A stretch of 64,000 nucleotides of DNA, from assembly GCA_024704765.1 (NCBI GenBank), contig JAKMXF010000354.1:357690-421689 (forward strand), given 5' to 3'. Within the stretch, counting starts at the first letter, position 1. Each line of letters opens with the position of its first letter. Both the position numbers and the translations under genes were made by a program. This DNA comes from Oopsacas minuta (taxonomy: Eukaryota; Animalia; Porifera). Positions 45,269-55,607 of this stretch are shown piece after piece. The notes below the pieces were generated by a model. That model did not search any database and had not been told where the DNA came from. It saw only the letters and a program-made list of their open reading frames with translations.

Positions 45269-45802
45269 TTACATGAACATGTTAGGTCTATGAGCCATGA
45301 AGATAGATTTGCTCCTGTGAGGAACTCTCTGAGGCAGGGGGAACCTAATCTTGGAATCATGGAATCGTTTCACATGCTCCCTCCTGCACTTAGATGCTGC
45401 TATCTGTTCAATACGTATTATATGGATGTCATGTACTCTTGCTCTATGTCTAGCAGCCATATCTCGATAGCAGGAGGTTATAGCTCCAACCTTAGTCATG
45501 TCACGATATTCTCTGTACATGTTATGAGTACCTGATCTAGAATCATATCTGAGCCATACGCCAAAGTTCTTTATCATGTTAGGAGCTTTCTGTACCAGCT
45601 CTGCACACTCTAGAATTACACCATTAGTCTTCTTTATCTTCTGCATTCTCTTCACATAGTACCAGAACCTTGATTTAGCAGATACAGAGTTAGTAGCGAA
45701 TATATGCATCTTGTAAGGAATATTCTCTACTTGTTTCTTGGTAGAGGAAGGTGCTCTAGCACCCACGATACGATACTCGCGTAGCTTACCTCGGAAACGC
45801 AT
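45269..45802 (-). CDS. RPL18A: 60S ribosomal protein L18a (eL20), intronless CDS
   Basis: [46 protein letters not shown]. Confidence 0.98.
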   Translation of the reverse strand: MRFRGKLREYRIVGARAPSSTKKQVENIPYKMHIFATNSVSAKSRFWYYVKRMQKIKKTNGVILECAELVQKAPNMIKNFGVWLRYDSRSGTHNMYREYRDMTKVGAITSCYRDMAARHRARVHDIHIIRIEQIAASKCRREHVKRFHDSKIRFPLPQRVPHRSKSIFMAHRPNMFM

Positions 45803-46151
45803 ATCGATAGCAGAACAGCTAATAACAATTATAGTTAAGATTAATTATATTATATAAGAGATATTAGTGATGTTCACCTCCTCCATTTTGTATTGGAAAT
45901 AATTCCTCTAATAGCAAGTTTACATATTAGCGAGGAAAATTCTTGTAAAATACAACTTGCTAATATAAGAACTTCACTATATTTACGTATATACGTATAC
46001 GCCAGAAACAGAGCAATCATAAAAGTATTTAATAGTATTATTAAATAATTTTGCTGAATGATTGAAAATAGTAAAAGGCAAATGAGGAGCGAGCCTCAGC
46101 TGTGATAAGTCATCTCACTATGTAATTAAAGCACTAATTGCTAGCTGTTAG

Positions 46152-47471
46152 CTAAATAGGAATCTTAAGCACAACTGATTTCTTTAGTTTACGCCATTGT
46201 TTGGTACTGTAATCCATTTCAAATAGAGTTTCTACTTCTGTCTTCTCGGAATCATTTTCATGGATTGTCTTGTTCAGGGTGAAGGTTAGTTTATCACCAG
46301 ATTCAAGATAGGGCTTGGTAGCTTGTCCAACCATAAAATCCATGATAATTTGTTTCTGTTTCTCAGAGAGTAGATCTGCTTCAGCGAACATATCTTCCAT
46401 GAATCTGTGTTTTTTCTCCTGTATCTTGAGTAGCTTCTTGTGTGAGGGTTTAGAATGGTGAGGAGGAGGAACAGGGCTAGGAGAGTCAGTAGATGAGTGG
46501 TGCTCTGTGAGGTCCGTAGATCTACTGGGGTGGGGAGGGGAATTGTATCTGGTCAGGGATCCCTTCTTACGTTTACCTTTATCTGTATCAGTCAGTTTGA
46601 GAGGGGTAACCAGAGATTCTTTTCTCTTTCTCTTCCCTGCTGGTGCTACAGATGCAGAGCTAGCTAGGTCCTCCATATGTAGGAGCTTAGTAGTGCTAGA
46701 CCGGGATTGAGGGGTGTGTCCTTTCTGATGGTACATAGATGGTACAGGAGGTTTGATAGAAGCTCGGTAACCAGATGTGTGGGGCTTATCTCTAGAGCTG
46801 GAGGTAGGAGGAATGAATATATCTCCACTCTTTCCAGAACTGAGAGAGTGTGTGGGGTGATTATGAGTGTCTTCATCAAGTTTATGTTGATCCTTAGATT
46901 TGATTAGAATATCATCTTTAATAGCAGAAGTCCTTAGCTTCTTCTTGAGTCGGAAATGCCCTCCTCCCGTGCTGACTCCATAGCTCTCAGGACTGAGAGA
47001 AAGGGAATTTAGAACTGAATAGTTCAGGTACGTGAGTTCAGGGGAGAGCAGGGGTTTGCTATAAGATGATGTACCTCTAGAGAGGTCTTTATAACGTAGC
47101 TTCTTAACAATTGATTCAGCACCCTCTAGCAATGAACCTATCTCAGAGGCAGGTAGGGACTGTATGAGAAAGTGCTCTACTAGCATACCTAGTTTACTGA
47201 CCCACTCGTCTTCATCCTGTCTAGCTAGAGACAGGAGATTAGAGAACTGATCTCTGTCTCGTTCAAACACCAGGGTAGATATCTCCAGCATAGCCAGGAG
47301 AATCTTTACTCTCACATATTGCTCTAAACCCGAGTAGGATGAGAGAATGTGTCTCAAGAGATCAGAGTGCAAATAACTAGCAAGGTGTCTACTGTTCCAA
47401 CCGTCCTCTCCCTTGAGACGGGCATCAAGCCAGGTGATTACCTCTTCTCGACTTTTATTGACAAAATCCAT
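46152..47471 (-). CDS. NELFA: Negative elongation factor A
   Basis: N-terminal WLDARL..W..LASYL..VRVKILLAML..DEDEWV and C-terminal MFAEAD..IIMDFMVG..ETLFEMDYSTKQWRKLKK match the two conserved NELF-A ends. Confidence 0.85.
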   Translation of the reverse strand: MDFVNKSREEVITWLDARLKGEDGWNSRHLASYLHSDLLRHILSSYSGLEQYVRVKILLAMLEISTLVFERDRDQFSNLLSLARQDEDEWVSKLGMLVEHFLIQSLPASEIGSLLEGAESIVKKLRYKDLSRGTSSYSKPLLSPELTYLNYSVLNSLSLSPESYGVSTGGGHFRLKKKLRTSAIKDDILIKSKDQHKLDEDTHNHPTHSLSSGKSGDIFIPPTSSSRDKPHTSGYRASIKPPVPSMYHQKGHTPQSRSSTTKLLHMEDLASSASVAPAGKRKRKESLVTPLKLTDTDKGKRKKGSLTRYNSPPHPSRSTDLTEHHSSTDSPSPVPPPHHSKPSHKKLLKIQEKKHRFMEDMFAEADLLSEKQKQIIMDFMVGQATKPYLESGDKLTFTLNKTIHENDSEKTEVETLFEMDYSTKQWRKLKKSVVLKIPI

Positions 47472-48207
47472 TCCTTTGAAGTGAGGTCAGGGAGTCGTTC
47501 TAAGGAGAACCATTTGACCAGTCAACAATCAATACTGATACCTAGCTTACTAACTTGTGGACTAAATGTAATCGATACTGCTTTTCGTGAGGAATTTCCG
47601 TAGAAAATTCCAACTACCAAACTCTACTTAAGTTATCGCGAAAGTATATTAAAATCTTTCTTATGGTGTGATAACGCGAAATATACGTATAATCAGAATT
47701 TAACCATTAGCACACAATACAAATGCTAAGCATTTCTAACAGAGAGGACATCCTTTCTACCAGGGCAGGCAATATTAAAGCGTTTTGAAACTTTCAAAAT
47801 TATTCAAAGAATGAATTTCACGCCATTTTATGGAGCTCATTCATCTGTATCCTTCCGTCCGAAGATCTGCGGCTCCGTCGTGCGAAATCTAGCAGTCCGA
47901 TTTACATTTCTCATAACTGCGTAATACAAATTTGGTTAGATTATTTTCCGATTGACATTGTGGTTTGCATACATGAATAACTTGTATACATAAGCGAGGC
48001 GAAATTTTACTTTCTGCAATTTGAGCCAAATATTGCAGTGGAATAATATAATGATTCAATTCACTATTATTTTATGTTATCTACTTGAGCTGGGCCTGCT
48101 TCTTACAATAATAAACAATACTAATTTCCCTAATACATAATGTATATTATCAAATCTAAGTATCAATCAATACATAACTAAATTCTAGAATGTCAAAGCG
48201 AATACTT

Positions 48208-48873
48208 CTAACGGTTGGACTTTGCTACTCTCTCAAACTCGTCCTTACGCTTGATAGCATAACTATTAGAAGATCCCTTGTATGCATTGATAAGCTCATC
48301 AGCTAGACACTCAGCTATGGTCTTGATATTCCTAAAGGCAGCGTCTCTTGCTCCGTTACAGATCAGCCAGATTGCTTGATTCACTCGTCTCAGAGGGGAT
48401 ACATCTACAGCCTGTCTCCTCACGGTGCCAGCTCGACCTATACGGGTACTATCTTCTCTGGGACCTGAGTTGATAATAGCTTGTACCAGTACTTGGATAG
48501 GATTCTCATTTGTCACGAGATGGATTATATCAAACGAATGCTCTACGATCTTCATTGCCATCAGCTTCTTACCATTATTTCTTCCACGCCTCATAAGAGA
48601 GTTAGCCAGTCGCTCTACAACAGGACATGTAGCTTTACGGAACCTCTTCTTAGCATACCTACCAGCTGTATGAGGTATGTACACAGCTCTTTTGTCCTTG
48701 AATGCTATGTAGTCTTGTAAGCATAAGTCTTCACAGGTGACTCCACTGGGGTCCCACTTGTTGAACAGCTTCACGTGAACGAAGGGATCATCTGCTAGGC
48801 TATCAGTCACCATAGCGTAGGTTGATGTAGTGGCTACAGGGCCAGAAGCTATCTCATCATCCCAGTCTGTCAT
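48208..48873 (-). CDS. RPS5: 40S ribosomal protein S5 (uS7), intronless CDS
   Basis: [64 protein letters not shown]. Confidence 0.98.
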   Translation of the reverse strand: MTDWDDEIASGPVATTSTYAMVTDSLADDPFVHVKLFNKWDPSGVTCEDLCLQDYIAFKDKRAVYIPHTAGRYAKKRFRKATCPVVERLANSLMRRGRNNGKKLMAMKIVEHSFDIIHLVTNENPIQVLVQAIINSGPREDSTRIGRAGTVRRQAVDVSPLRRVNQAIWLICNGARDAAFRNIKTIAECLADELINAYKGSSNSYAIKRKDEFERVAKSNR

Positions 48874-49603
48874 TTCGTCTAATCACAATACTCTTATGAC
48901 TAATTTGTGACTAAATATGATGGGATGAAAGTGTATGAGAATAATAATTTGTACTCTCAAATGTTAGACACTAAGATACATACCCTATAGACAATGTGTT
49001 CTAACTTCAAATACTAATTATAACATCACTTGTGATGTTATTAATATCCTATAAAATGTATTACCTATAACATATTATGGCAGTGAAAATAATGTATCAA
49101 AAGATGGTGAATTCGAAGAAATACTTCAGCATAACATTCGTTGATTTATGTCAATATATACGGAACTAAATATTTGTAGCGAATTTATATTCGCAACAGG
49201 ACAGTAAATATGACGAAGTGTTATGTCCAAGTCCTGTTGTCCCAAACACGAAAAATATATATACTTTAGAGAATGATATTCTATATCCCTCAAAAATAAC
49301 TAAGAGAATGATAGACAAATAACATACTTAGCTGTTGCTAAGTAACGTAAGAACAAAGAGGTTTATGCAGTATAACTCTACCTAGAAATACAACAGTACT
49401 CCAATACTCACCACCTGCACCTTGTATAGTTCCTGATAGCTGCAACTGCAGAATACAATTACAAACTATACAACAGATAGTAGGTAAACTGATGCAGGGG
49501 GTATCCCACTGCTACTCCTGCACTATACCACATGAGTATATATGCGAGGGAGGAGATGAAATTTACTATAATCAACAAACAATATTCTATTCGCAGGAAA
49601 ACA

Positions 49604-50547
49604 ATGCTTTCTCTAATTCCTACTTCTCCTACCCCACGTGTACCTCGCTCTAGATGTTCAAGCTCTGGTAGCAATGGCCCCTCTCCTCCCTCAAACTTAC
49701 CGACCCAAACTTCTGATGACCTCAGCTCGTCTTCCTCATCTTCAGGAGATGAATTCTCTACTAGCTGTAGACTATATGTAGGCTATATACCCCGGGATCT
49801 GGGGAAATCTCATATAATATCAGGACTTAAGAAGATAACCACTAATGTAAGGATATTTTCTTTATATAATCACACACATTTTATATTTGTATCTTGTAGC
49901 TTGTTGACGTCATAATGTACCCGAGCATGCTAGGAGGGACTAATAATAGAGGATTCGTATTCGCGGAGTATGAGACACACGCACTGGCAGCCCAAGCCCT
50001 CAATCACCTGAAGGGGTGTAACGTTAGTGAGGTGTGGCCCTCAACCGGCGCTACTTCAAGGAAGTTGAGTGTAGACTGGGCTATCCCAGAAATGAACGTA
50101 TGCACCAATCTTATGAAGAATGTTAAAGTAGCTTTTGTACGCAGATTAACGATAGATACAACCGAGGAAGAACTGACATGTCTATTCTCCATGTGGGGAG
50201 AAGTAGAACGAGTTAAGAAACTGAAGGATTTCGCATTCGTACACATGGAGTCTCACGAAGCAGCAAATCGAGCTGTACAAGCTTTAGATGGACAGCTGAT
50301 GAAGGGATCAGTTATGGAGGTATGTCTCTCTAAACCAGTTGACCGTCGGCGATACCGTCAGTGGAAACAACAAAAGCACCTAGCCTCTCCTACCCAATCT
50401 CCTTGTCCTAACACCTCACCGGATATGTTCTTCCCTACTACCCCAAGTAGTCCCCTACTTCCTTACGACGCCTACTATCTCTCTTCACAGCTAAGTGAAA
50501 TGAGTCTTACCCCTCACCAGCAGATACAGTCTGACTACTATCACTAA
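49604..50547 (+). CDS. hnRNP R/SYNCRIP/RBM46/47-family RRM protein with two RRMs, 2 exons
   Basis: Phase-0 intron 49847-49899 (GTAAGG..TTGTAG) fuses the two ORFs: CRLYVGYIP..N|LVDVIMY..NRGFVFAEYETH..VDWAIPE..VKVAFVRRL..VERVKKLKDFAFVH. Confidence 0.85.
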
Positions 50548-51563
50548 CCACTACAAGCAAGTCTGAAATTATTAGGTATATCGTATACCAATACAAGATA
50601 ATCCTCAGAGAATTCTACCTCCTCAGTTCTCGCAGAAAAATTAGTCGAGTTATGAGGTCTTAGATTAATTGTGATATTATTACAAGTGTGATATTATTAT
50701 ATTATTAAATATCATATTTTCAAAATTAATGTATAAGGATAGGACGCGTGGCTAACAATTGTAATATCCAATAGGATATGCTAGCTAATCCGAAAATATT
50801 CTTGCAACTAGACTACAGGCCCCTGACTAAAATTATGAAGAATTAAACATTTCATTGACTGAATAATATAAAATTTGCATCAATTATAAGAGTTATAACA
50901 TAAAAATGAAATCTAATTTATCGCTTAAAAGTATCCTCTTCGGAGCAGCAAATTTTATATTATAACCAGTGTAAACTATGCAAGAGTATATGAGAACCGT
51001 TTTTCAAGAGGATGTTCCTTATAGTATCCAATTTGTTCTTATAACCGGTGTTGTTAGAAACAATACTTACTATATACTTCGTCGACAATAGAAAATGCTT
51101 AGAAAACAACAATACAAATCGTTACAAACATGTTAATCTTTGTTAATGGATATTAACCTCATGGGACATTAATACAGTTAAATTTAGAAACTATATCATA
51201 GCAAGTATTTTCTAAATTTAGCTGTATTGACGTCCCATGAGGGAAAAATGGTAACACAGAACACCAATACGTAACAAATCATAATAATATGCTAAAACAG
51301 ATACACAAGCACATTACACATACTACGCTATAACCATTAATCAGCATTTATCAAGTGGGCAAATGATTGAATACCAGCACTTCAGTAAACCTATGAAACC
51401 GGTCACTTGATAAATATAATTCTCAGAGAGAAAGATATAAAATTACAAATCTTATATGCAGAGAATAATGAAATAAATACTGCTGGTTATCAAATAATGG
51501 TATGCGGATGTACAAGATAAATAGATAAGATAATCTCAGTATTTTATTACTTCGAATAAGAAA

Positions 51564-53375
51564 ATGAGAAGCGTGGAGAAATCTTATGGGTCTATCGATA
51601 CTAACTCTACTCCCTTTAACTCTACAATAGAAAGGTCAGCGTCAGAGAGATCTCGCCAAGAATCAATGTGTTACAAATTGGTGACGTATTTCAGTGAGGT
51701 CAGGTACATACCTGGTTTTAGACAATTCCCTGGGGTAAAGATTTGTCTCTTGATAGCATTCTTACACAGAATGCATCTCTATTCGGTATTCATTTTCCTA
51801 GCTAATCTACAAGTTGTGAGAAATGACACTGCAGAATGTAATATAGATAATCTCAACAATGCCTCGTATACATATTCTCATATGAATAATACTCCTTGTA
51901 AGAAATTCATTCCTCCAAAGAACCGTTTTGCAGAAGAAAATACAGCAGTTATAGCCTCCATCTTCATGGCTCTCGTGTATCTACTAGCGCCCATCCCTGG
52001 ATTTCTAGCCGACCGTTATTTCTCACGACACAAAACCGTCCTCGCCAGTTTATTCCTGTGTATTCTAGGCTCTCTCTCACTGAGTGCATTCCATACATAC
52101 TATGAGCTGATTAGGATGCAGAATGAGTTAATTGATAGTATTTATGACGTCATACACTTCGGTTCTTTATTAATACTAGCATGTGGATCTACTGGCATAA
52201 TAGCACTGCTAGTACCTCTAGGTGTAGACCAGATGGAAGGTGCAGGAGAATCGACAATAAAATCCTACTTTAACTGGCATTACTGGGCTGGGAATCTAGG
52301 AGGACTATTAGCACCTGGAGGGTACTTCATATACAAAGCTAGTGTGACCAGTAAATATATTCTCCTGGCTGGTAGCTATGCTGCAATCATTACCATAGCT
52401 CTAGCATTAATCCTCTGCTTCATATCTCTCTATTGTAACATTCTACAAATGCACAAACCAGTAGGTAGTCCTATATTAAAGATAGCTAAAGTATTGAGCT
52501 CTGCTACTAAGGGGTATAAACAGGAGAGAGATGAGTATGATAGGAAATCTCTATTAGATTATGCGGTAGGAGATGTTAGAGGAAAACACAGCTTTGAATC
52601 AGTTGATGACGTCAAAACTTTCTTCAGGATGACAATGGTGTTCGCAACAATGGTTTGGTACTTTGCAACTTATGACTTACTGACTTCAGTATTCCCATTG
52701 CAGGGTCAAGCCCTGTCATGTTCTGAAAATAGTTTCTTCGCCAGCTGTTTCATAGTGCTAGTAGATGGAACTGCGGTTATGATCACCATCCCTATAATCG
52801 AATTCGTGAGAAGAAAGTACTATTCTATCCGTGTTTCTAAGATCCTCTATAAATTCCTAATCGGTGTATTGCTCTCTCTTGCTGCAGTATATTATGCATG
52901 GATAAGTGATATGACACAATACTTTACTCAATTCTCTAAATGTCCGCAGCCTCAGCCTCGATCTATTCTATCAATGTTCAAACTTGATCTAATATTATTG
53001 CCACAGATAATTCTAATCGGAGTTTCAGAGTCATTTTCCATGGTAGCTGCTATCGAGTTTGTGTATGCGCAATCTCCTCATGATATGAAGGGGTTCCTAT
53101 TCGGACTCATGAACTTTTTCGTAGGAATAGGATTCTACATTCCAACTACCCTGCATAGTGTTGTCAAGGAACTAACCTGTGATCAAGACTATTCAGATTG
53201 TAGTTTTTGTATGGCATACGAACAAAAATGTTTCCTTCACTACCAAACGCCTAGATTCATGTACTATTTCATATTCGCGATTATTACCACTTTATACGCG
53301 TTACTGATGTATGTAGTAGCTGTTAAGTACAAGCGCAGACAAAGGGAACCTATTTCTAACTGGCTAGTATACTGA
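51564..53375 (+). CDS. POT/PTR2 proton-dependent oligopeptide transporter (SLC15A4-like), intronless
   Basis: GFLADRYFSRHK (PTR2 motif), GVDQM..YFNWHYW..NLG, PQIILIGVSE..EFVYAQSPHDMKG; multiple TM segments. Confidence 0.9.
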   Translation: MRSVEKSYGSIDTNSTPFNSTIERSASERSRQESMCYKLVTYFSEVRYIPGFRQFPGVKICLLIAFLHRMHLYSVFIFLANLQVVRNDTAECNIDNLNNASYTYSHMNNTPCKKFIPPKNRFAEENTAVIASIFMALVYLLAPIPGFLADRYFSRHKTVLASLFLCILGSLSLSAFHTYYELIRMQNELIDSIYDVIHFGSLLILACGSTGIIALLVPLGVDQMEGAGESTIKSYFNWHYWAGNLGGLLAPGGYFIYKASVTSKYILLAGSYAAIITIALALILCFISLYCNILQMHKPVGSPILKIAKVLSSATKGYKQERDEYDRKSLLDYAVGDVRGKHSFESVDDVKTFFRMTMVFATMVWYFATYDLLTSVFPLQGQALSCSENSFFASCFIVLVDGTAVMITIPIIEFVRRKYYSIRVSKILYKFLIGVLLSLAAVYYAWISDMTQYFTQFSKCPQPQPRSILSMFKLDLILLPQIILIGVSESFSMVAAIEFVYAQSPHDMKGFLFGLMNFFVGIGFYIPTTLHSVVKELTCDQDYSDCSFCMAYEQKCFLHYQTPRFMYYFIFAIITTLYALLMYVVAVKYKRRQREPISNWLVY

Positions 53376-53744
53376 ATGGAAACGCTACAAGAATGCAAGT
53401 TAAAAATTTGTTCCAACATCTAATATTGTATATTTGTTACTTATGGCCTGTGTAAAGTTTGTTATATGTATGCAATCTGTTGCAAACAAACAATAATAAT
53501 GACGAATAATGAAATCGATAGGATAGGGACAAGTGTATATATAAAGAGCACCTATCTAGCTGATCACATTATCCATAAATTGATCAACGGGCGGGTATGC
53601 ACACAATTAATTTTCTTATGAATTCTCTCTCCATCCAATTAATTCACCATATTAGGAAGTGTTGTACATATTGTAATAGCCAGAAAAAATATTGTTTCAC
53701 AGGTCATAAGTTTATATCAATAATAATTATCACTCAAACAGCAT

Positions 53745-55214
53745 CTAATCTTTGTCTCGAATAATCTTCATAATCTTATTAAAGTCTCTGTCTATTTTAG
53801 ATTTATGTTTGTCTACAGGAGGTCTTCCAGCTGATTTCCTAGTTCTACGTCCATCACTCATTTTAACACCATACTGAAATGCAGCTTTAGGCATAGCTTC
53901 TCTCTGTAGCTGGTAATCAGAGTAAGCTTCCTCATTAGCGAAGTCCCATCTAGTGATAGGTCCCTTCTTGGTACCATTATCCATCTTAGAGTAGTCAGCC
54001 TCATCGTCAGAATCTCCCAGAGCATCAGTGAACTCTCTACCTCCTGGATAACACTCTGCATAAGTACCTTTGTTAGAGTATTTATACTTTTTAGATTTAT
54101 CACAGACGTAGTCGCCTACGTCAGCGTATATGTCCTGTTCTGTACTGGTAGCTGTAGGAGGAGGGAGAGGGGGAGGAGGAGGAGGGAGGGGAGGGGGATT
54201 ATTCTCAGGTAGGGCAGGTAAGGGAGGCGGTATGGTACTAATTGTACCCTCCTTAATAACAGGATTGAGACGATCTTTTCGTTTTAATTTCTTGTTATAA
54301 CTTCTGACATCTTGACGTAGATAAGAGAGCACTTGTGTGAGTTTATTAATCACAAACATATCCATCTCTCCTGATCCAGAAGCTACGCTTATCCCCTTAC
54401 TACGAGCAGAGGAGGGTAGTTCAGATTTAGAGCGTATTAGAGTTATAGGAACATCTGAATCTTCTGGAGTTTCATCTTCAATAGAGATTGCATAAGCCAT
54501 TCTTCCTGCTACGAAGAATTCGTTCTTTTCAGGAGGTTTGTATTGGAATAAAATTCTATAGACATTCTTAGCAATAGCAGAAGTTATTTTAGATTCATCT
54601 GTCTTCTCTATCTTCTCTTGTTCAGTTTGTAAAACCTTCTTTTCTCTTTCCCTAGTGGAAATCTCACTTCTAACTTTCTGCAGCAGAGCATAGTCCAGTC
54701 CCTTCACTAGATGGGTGTGTTCCATATCTCCTCCGAGATATTTACTCTCCTGTATAGCTTGTTTCCTGAGCTCTGCATTAATAGAAATATCTCTAGCAGT
54801 TGGTCCTACTGCTCTATAACTTCCTGAATTAAGAGACCCCGGTTCAGTATGCTCGTAGTCTGGGTTCTTGCCATCTCTCCTCTCCTTAGCTCTGTCTCTG
54901 TATTTAGCATCCATCTCAGCTTGTCTCTCTACTTCCTCTTTACGGAGCTTAGCATAGAAAACCTTTTTCTTTCTTCTCCGTTCAGCAGCTTCTCGTAGTT
55001 TCATTTGTTCCTGTCTGCGGTCAGTGACTGGTTTGACAATTTTGACAGTAGTTGGATCTCTGGGAGTCATTAGGAGTTTTCTGAAATCTGAATTGGAGAG
55101 TTGACTGGGTGTGTTTTCTATGTCCAATCTACCAGAGAAGTCCCCTCCAATACCAGCTGTGAAACCATCCGGAGCTTCTGGGTTAGCATATCTCTCTGAC
55201 CCAAATTTCATCAT
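53745..55214 (-). CDS. IK: Protein RED / IK (spliceosomal B-complex factor)
   Basis: LSNSDFRKLLMTPR, YRDRAKERRDG, IQESKYLGGDMEHTHLVKGLDYALLQKVR, YAECYPG, MDNGTKKGPITRWDF, AAFQYGVKMSDGRRTR. Likely ATG 55214. Confidence 0.95.
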   Translation of the reverse strand: MMKFGSERYANPEAPDGFTAGIGGDFSGRLDIENTPSQLSNSDFRKLLMTPRDPTTVKIVKPVTDRRQEQMKLREAAERRRKKKVFYAKLRKEEVERQAEMDAKYRDRAKERRDGKNPDYEHTEPGSLNSGSYRAVGPTARDISINAELRKQAIQESKYLGGDMEHTHLVKGLDYALLQKVRSEISTREREKKVLQTEQEKIEKTDESKITSAIAKNVYRILFQYKPPEKNEFFVAGRMAYAISIEDETPEDSDVPITLIRSKSELPSSARSKGISVASGSGEMDMFVINKLTQVLSYLRQDVRSYNKKLKRKDRLNPVIKEGTISTIPPPLPALPENNPPPLPPPPPPLPPPTATSTEQDIYADVGDYVCDKSKKYKYSNKGTYAECYPGGREFTDALGDSDDEADYSKMDNGTKKGPITRWDFANEEAYSDYQLQREAMPKAAFQYGVKMSDGRRTRKSAGRPPVDKHKSKIDRDFNKIMKIIRDKD

Positions 55215-55607
55215 TATGATACACTTATAATATACTACGTCGTGCACGATACGACTATGTATAAGTGAGAGAATTGATAATCACAAGATTTTCTCAAAAA
55301 TAAGTTCAATATACATAGTATAAAATGATTATACGCGGTGTTATAACTACCATAAATACATTCTCTACATGGAATAATATTAAATATATCAGACATCATC
55401 AATATTGTACATTTAAGAAAATGAAAAAAACAAAATAATAAATATCTGGAATATTTAACCGATTCTAACATTCAATCAATCCAGACATAATAAAAATTAA
55501 CAAAGGCATAAAACACATCAATATATGTATATTTATACACACAAATAATCTCTAACACCTATATACAACCTATAATGAATTAGGATAAAAGCACTGCATT
55601 AAAATAA

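Noticed and set aside
49913-49917. TAATG stop/start overlap suggesting translational coupling of two ORFs
   Set aside because: A canonical 53-nt intron (49847-49899) joins both ORFs into one RRM protein; the overlap is incidental.
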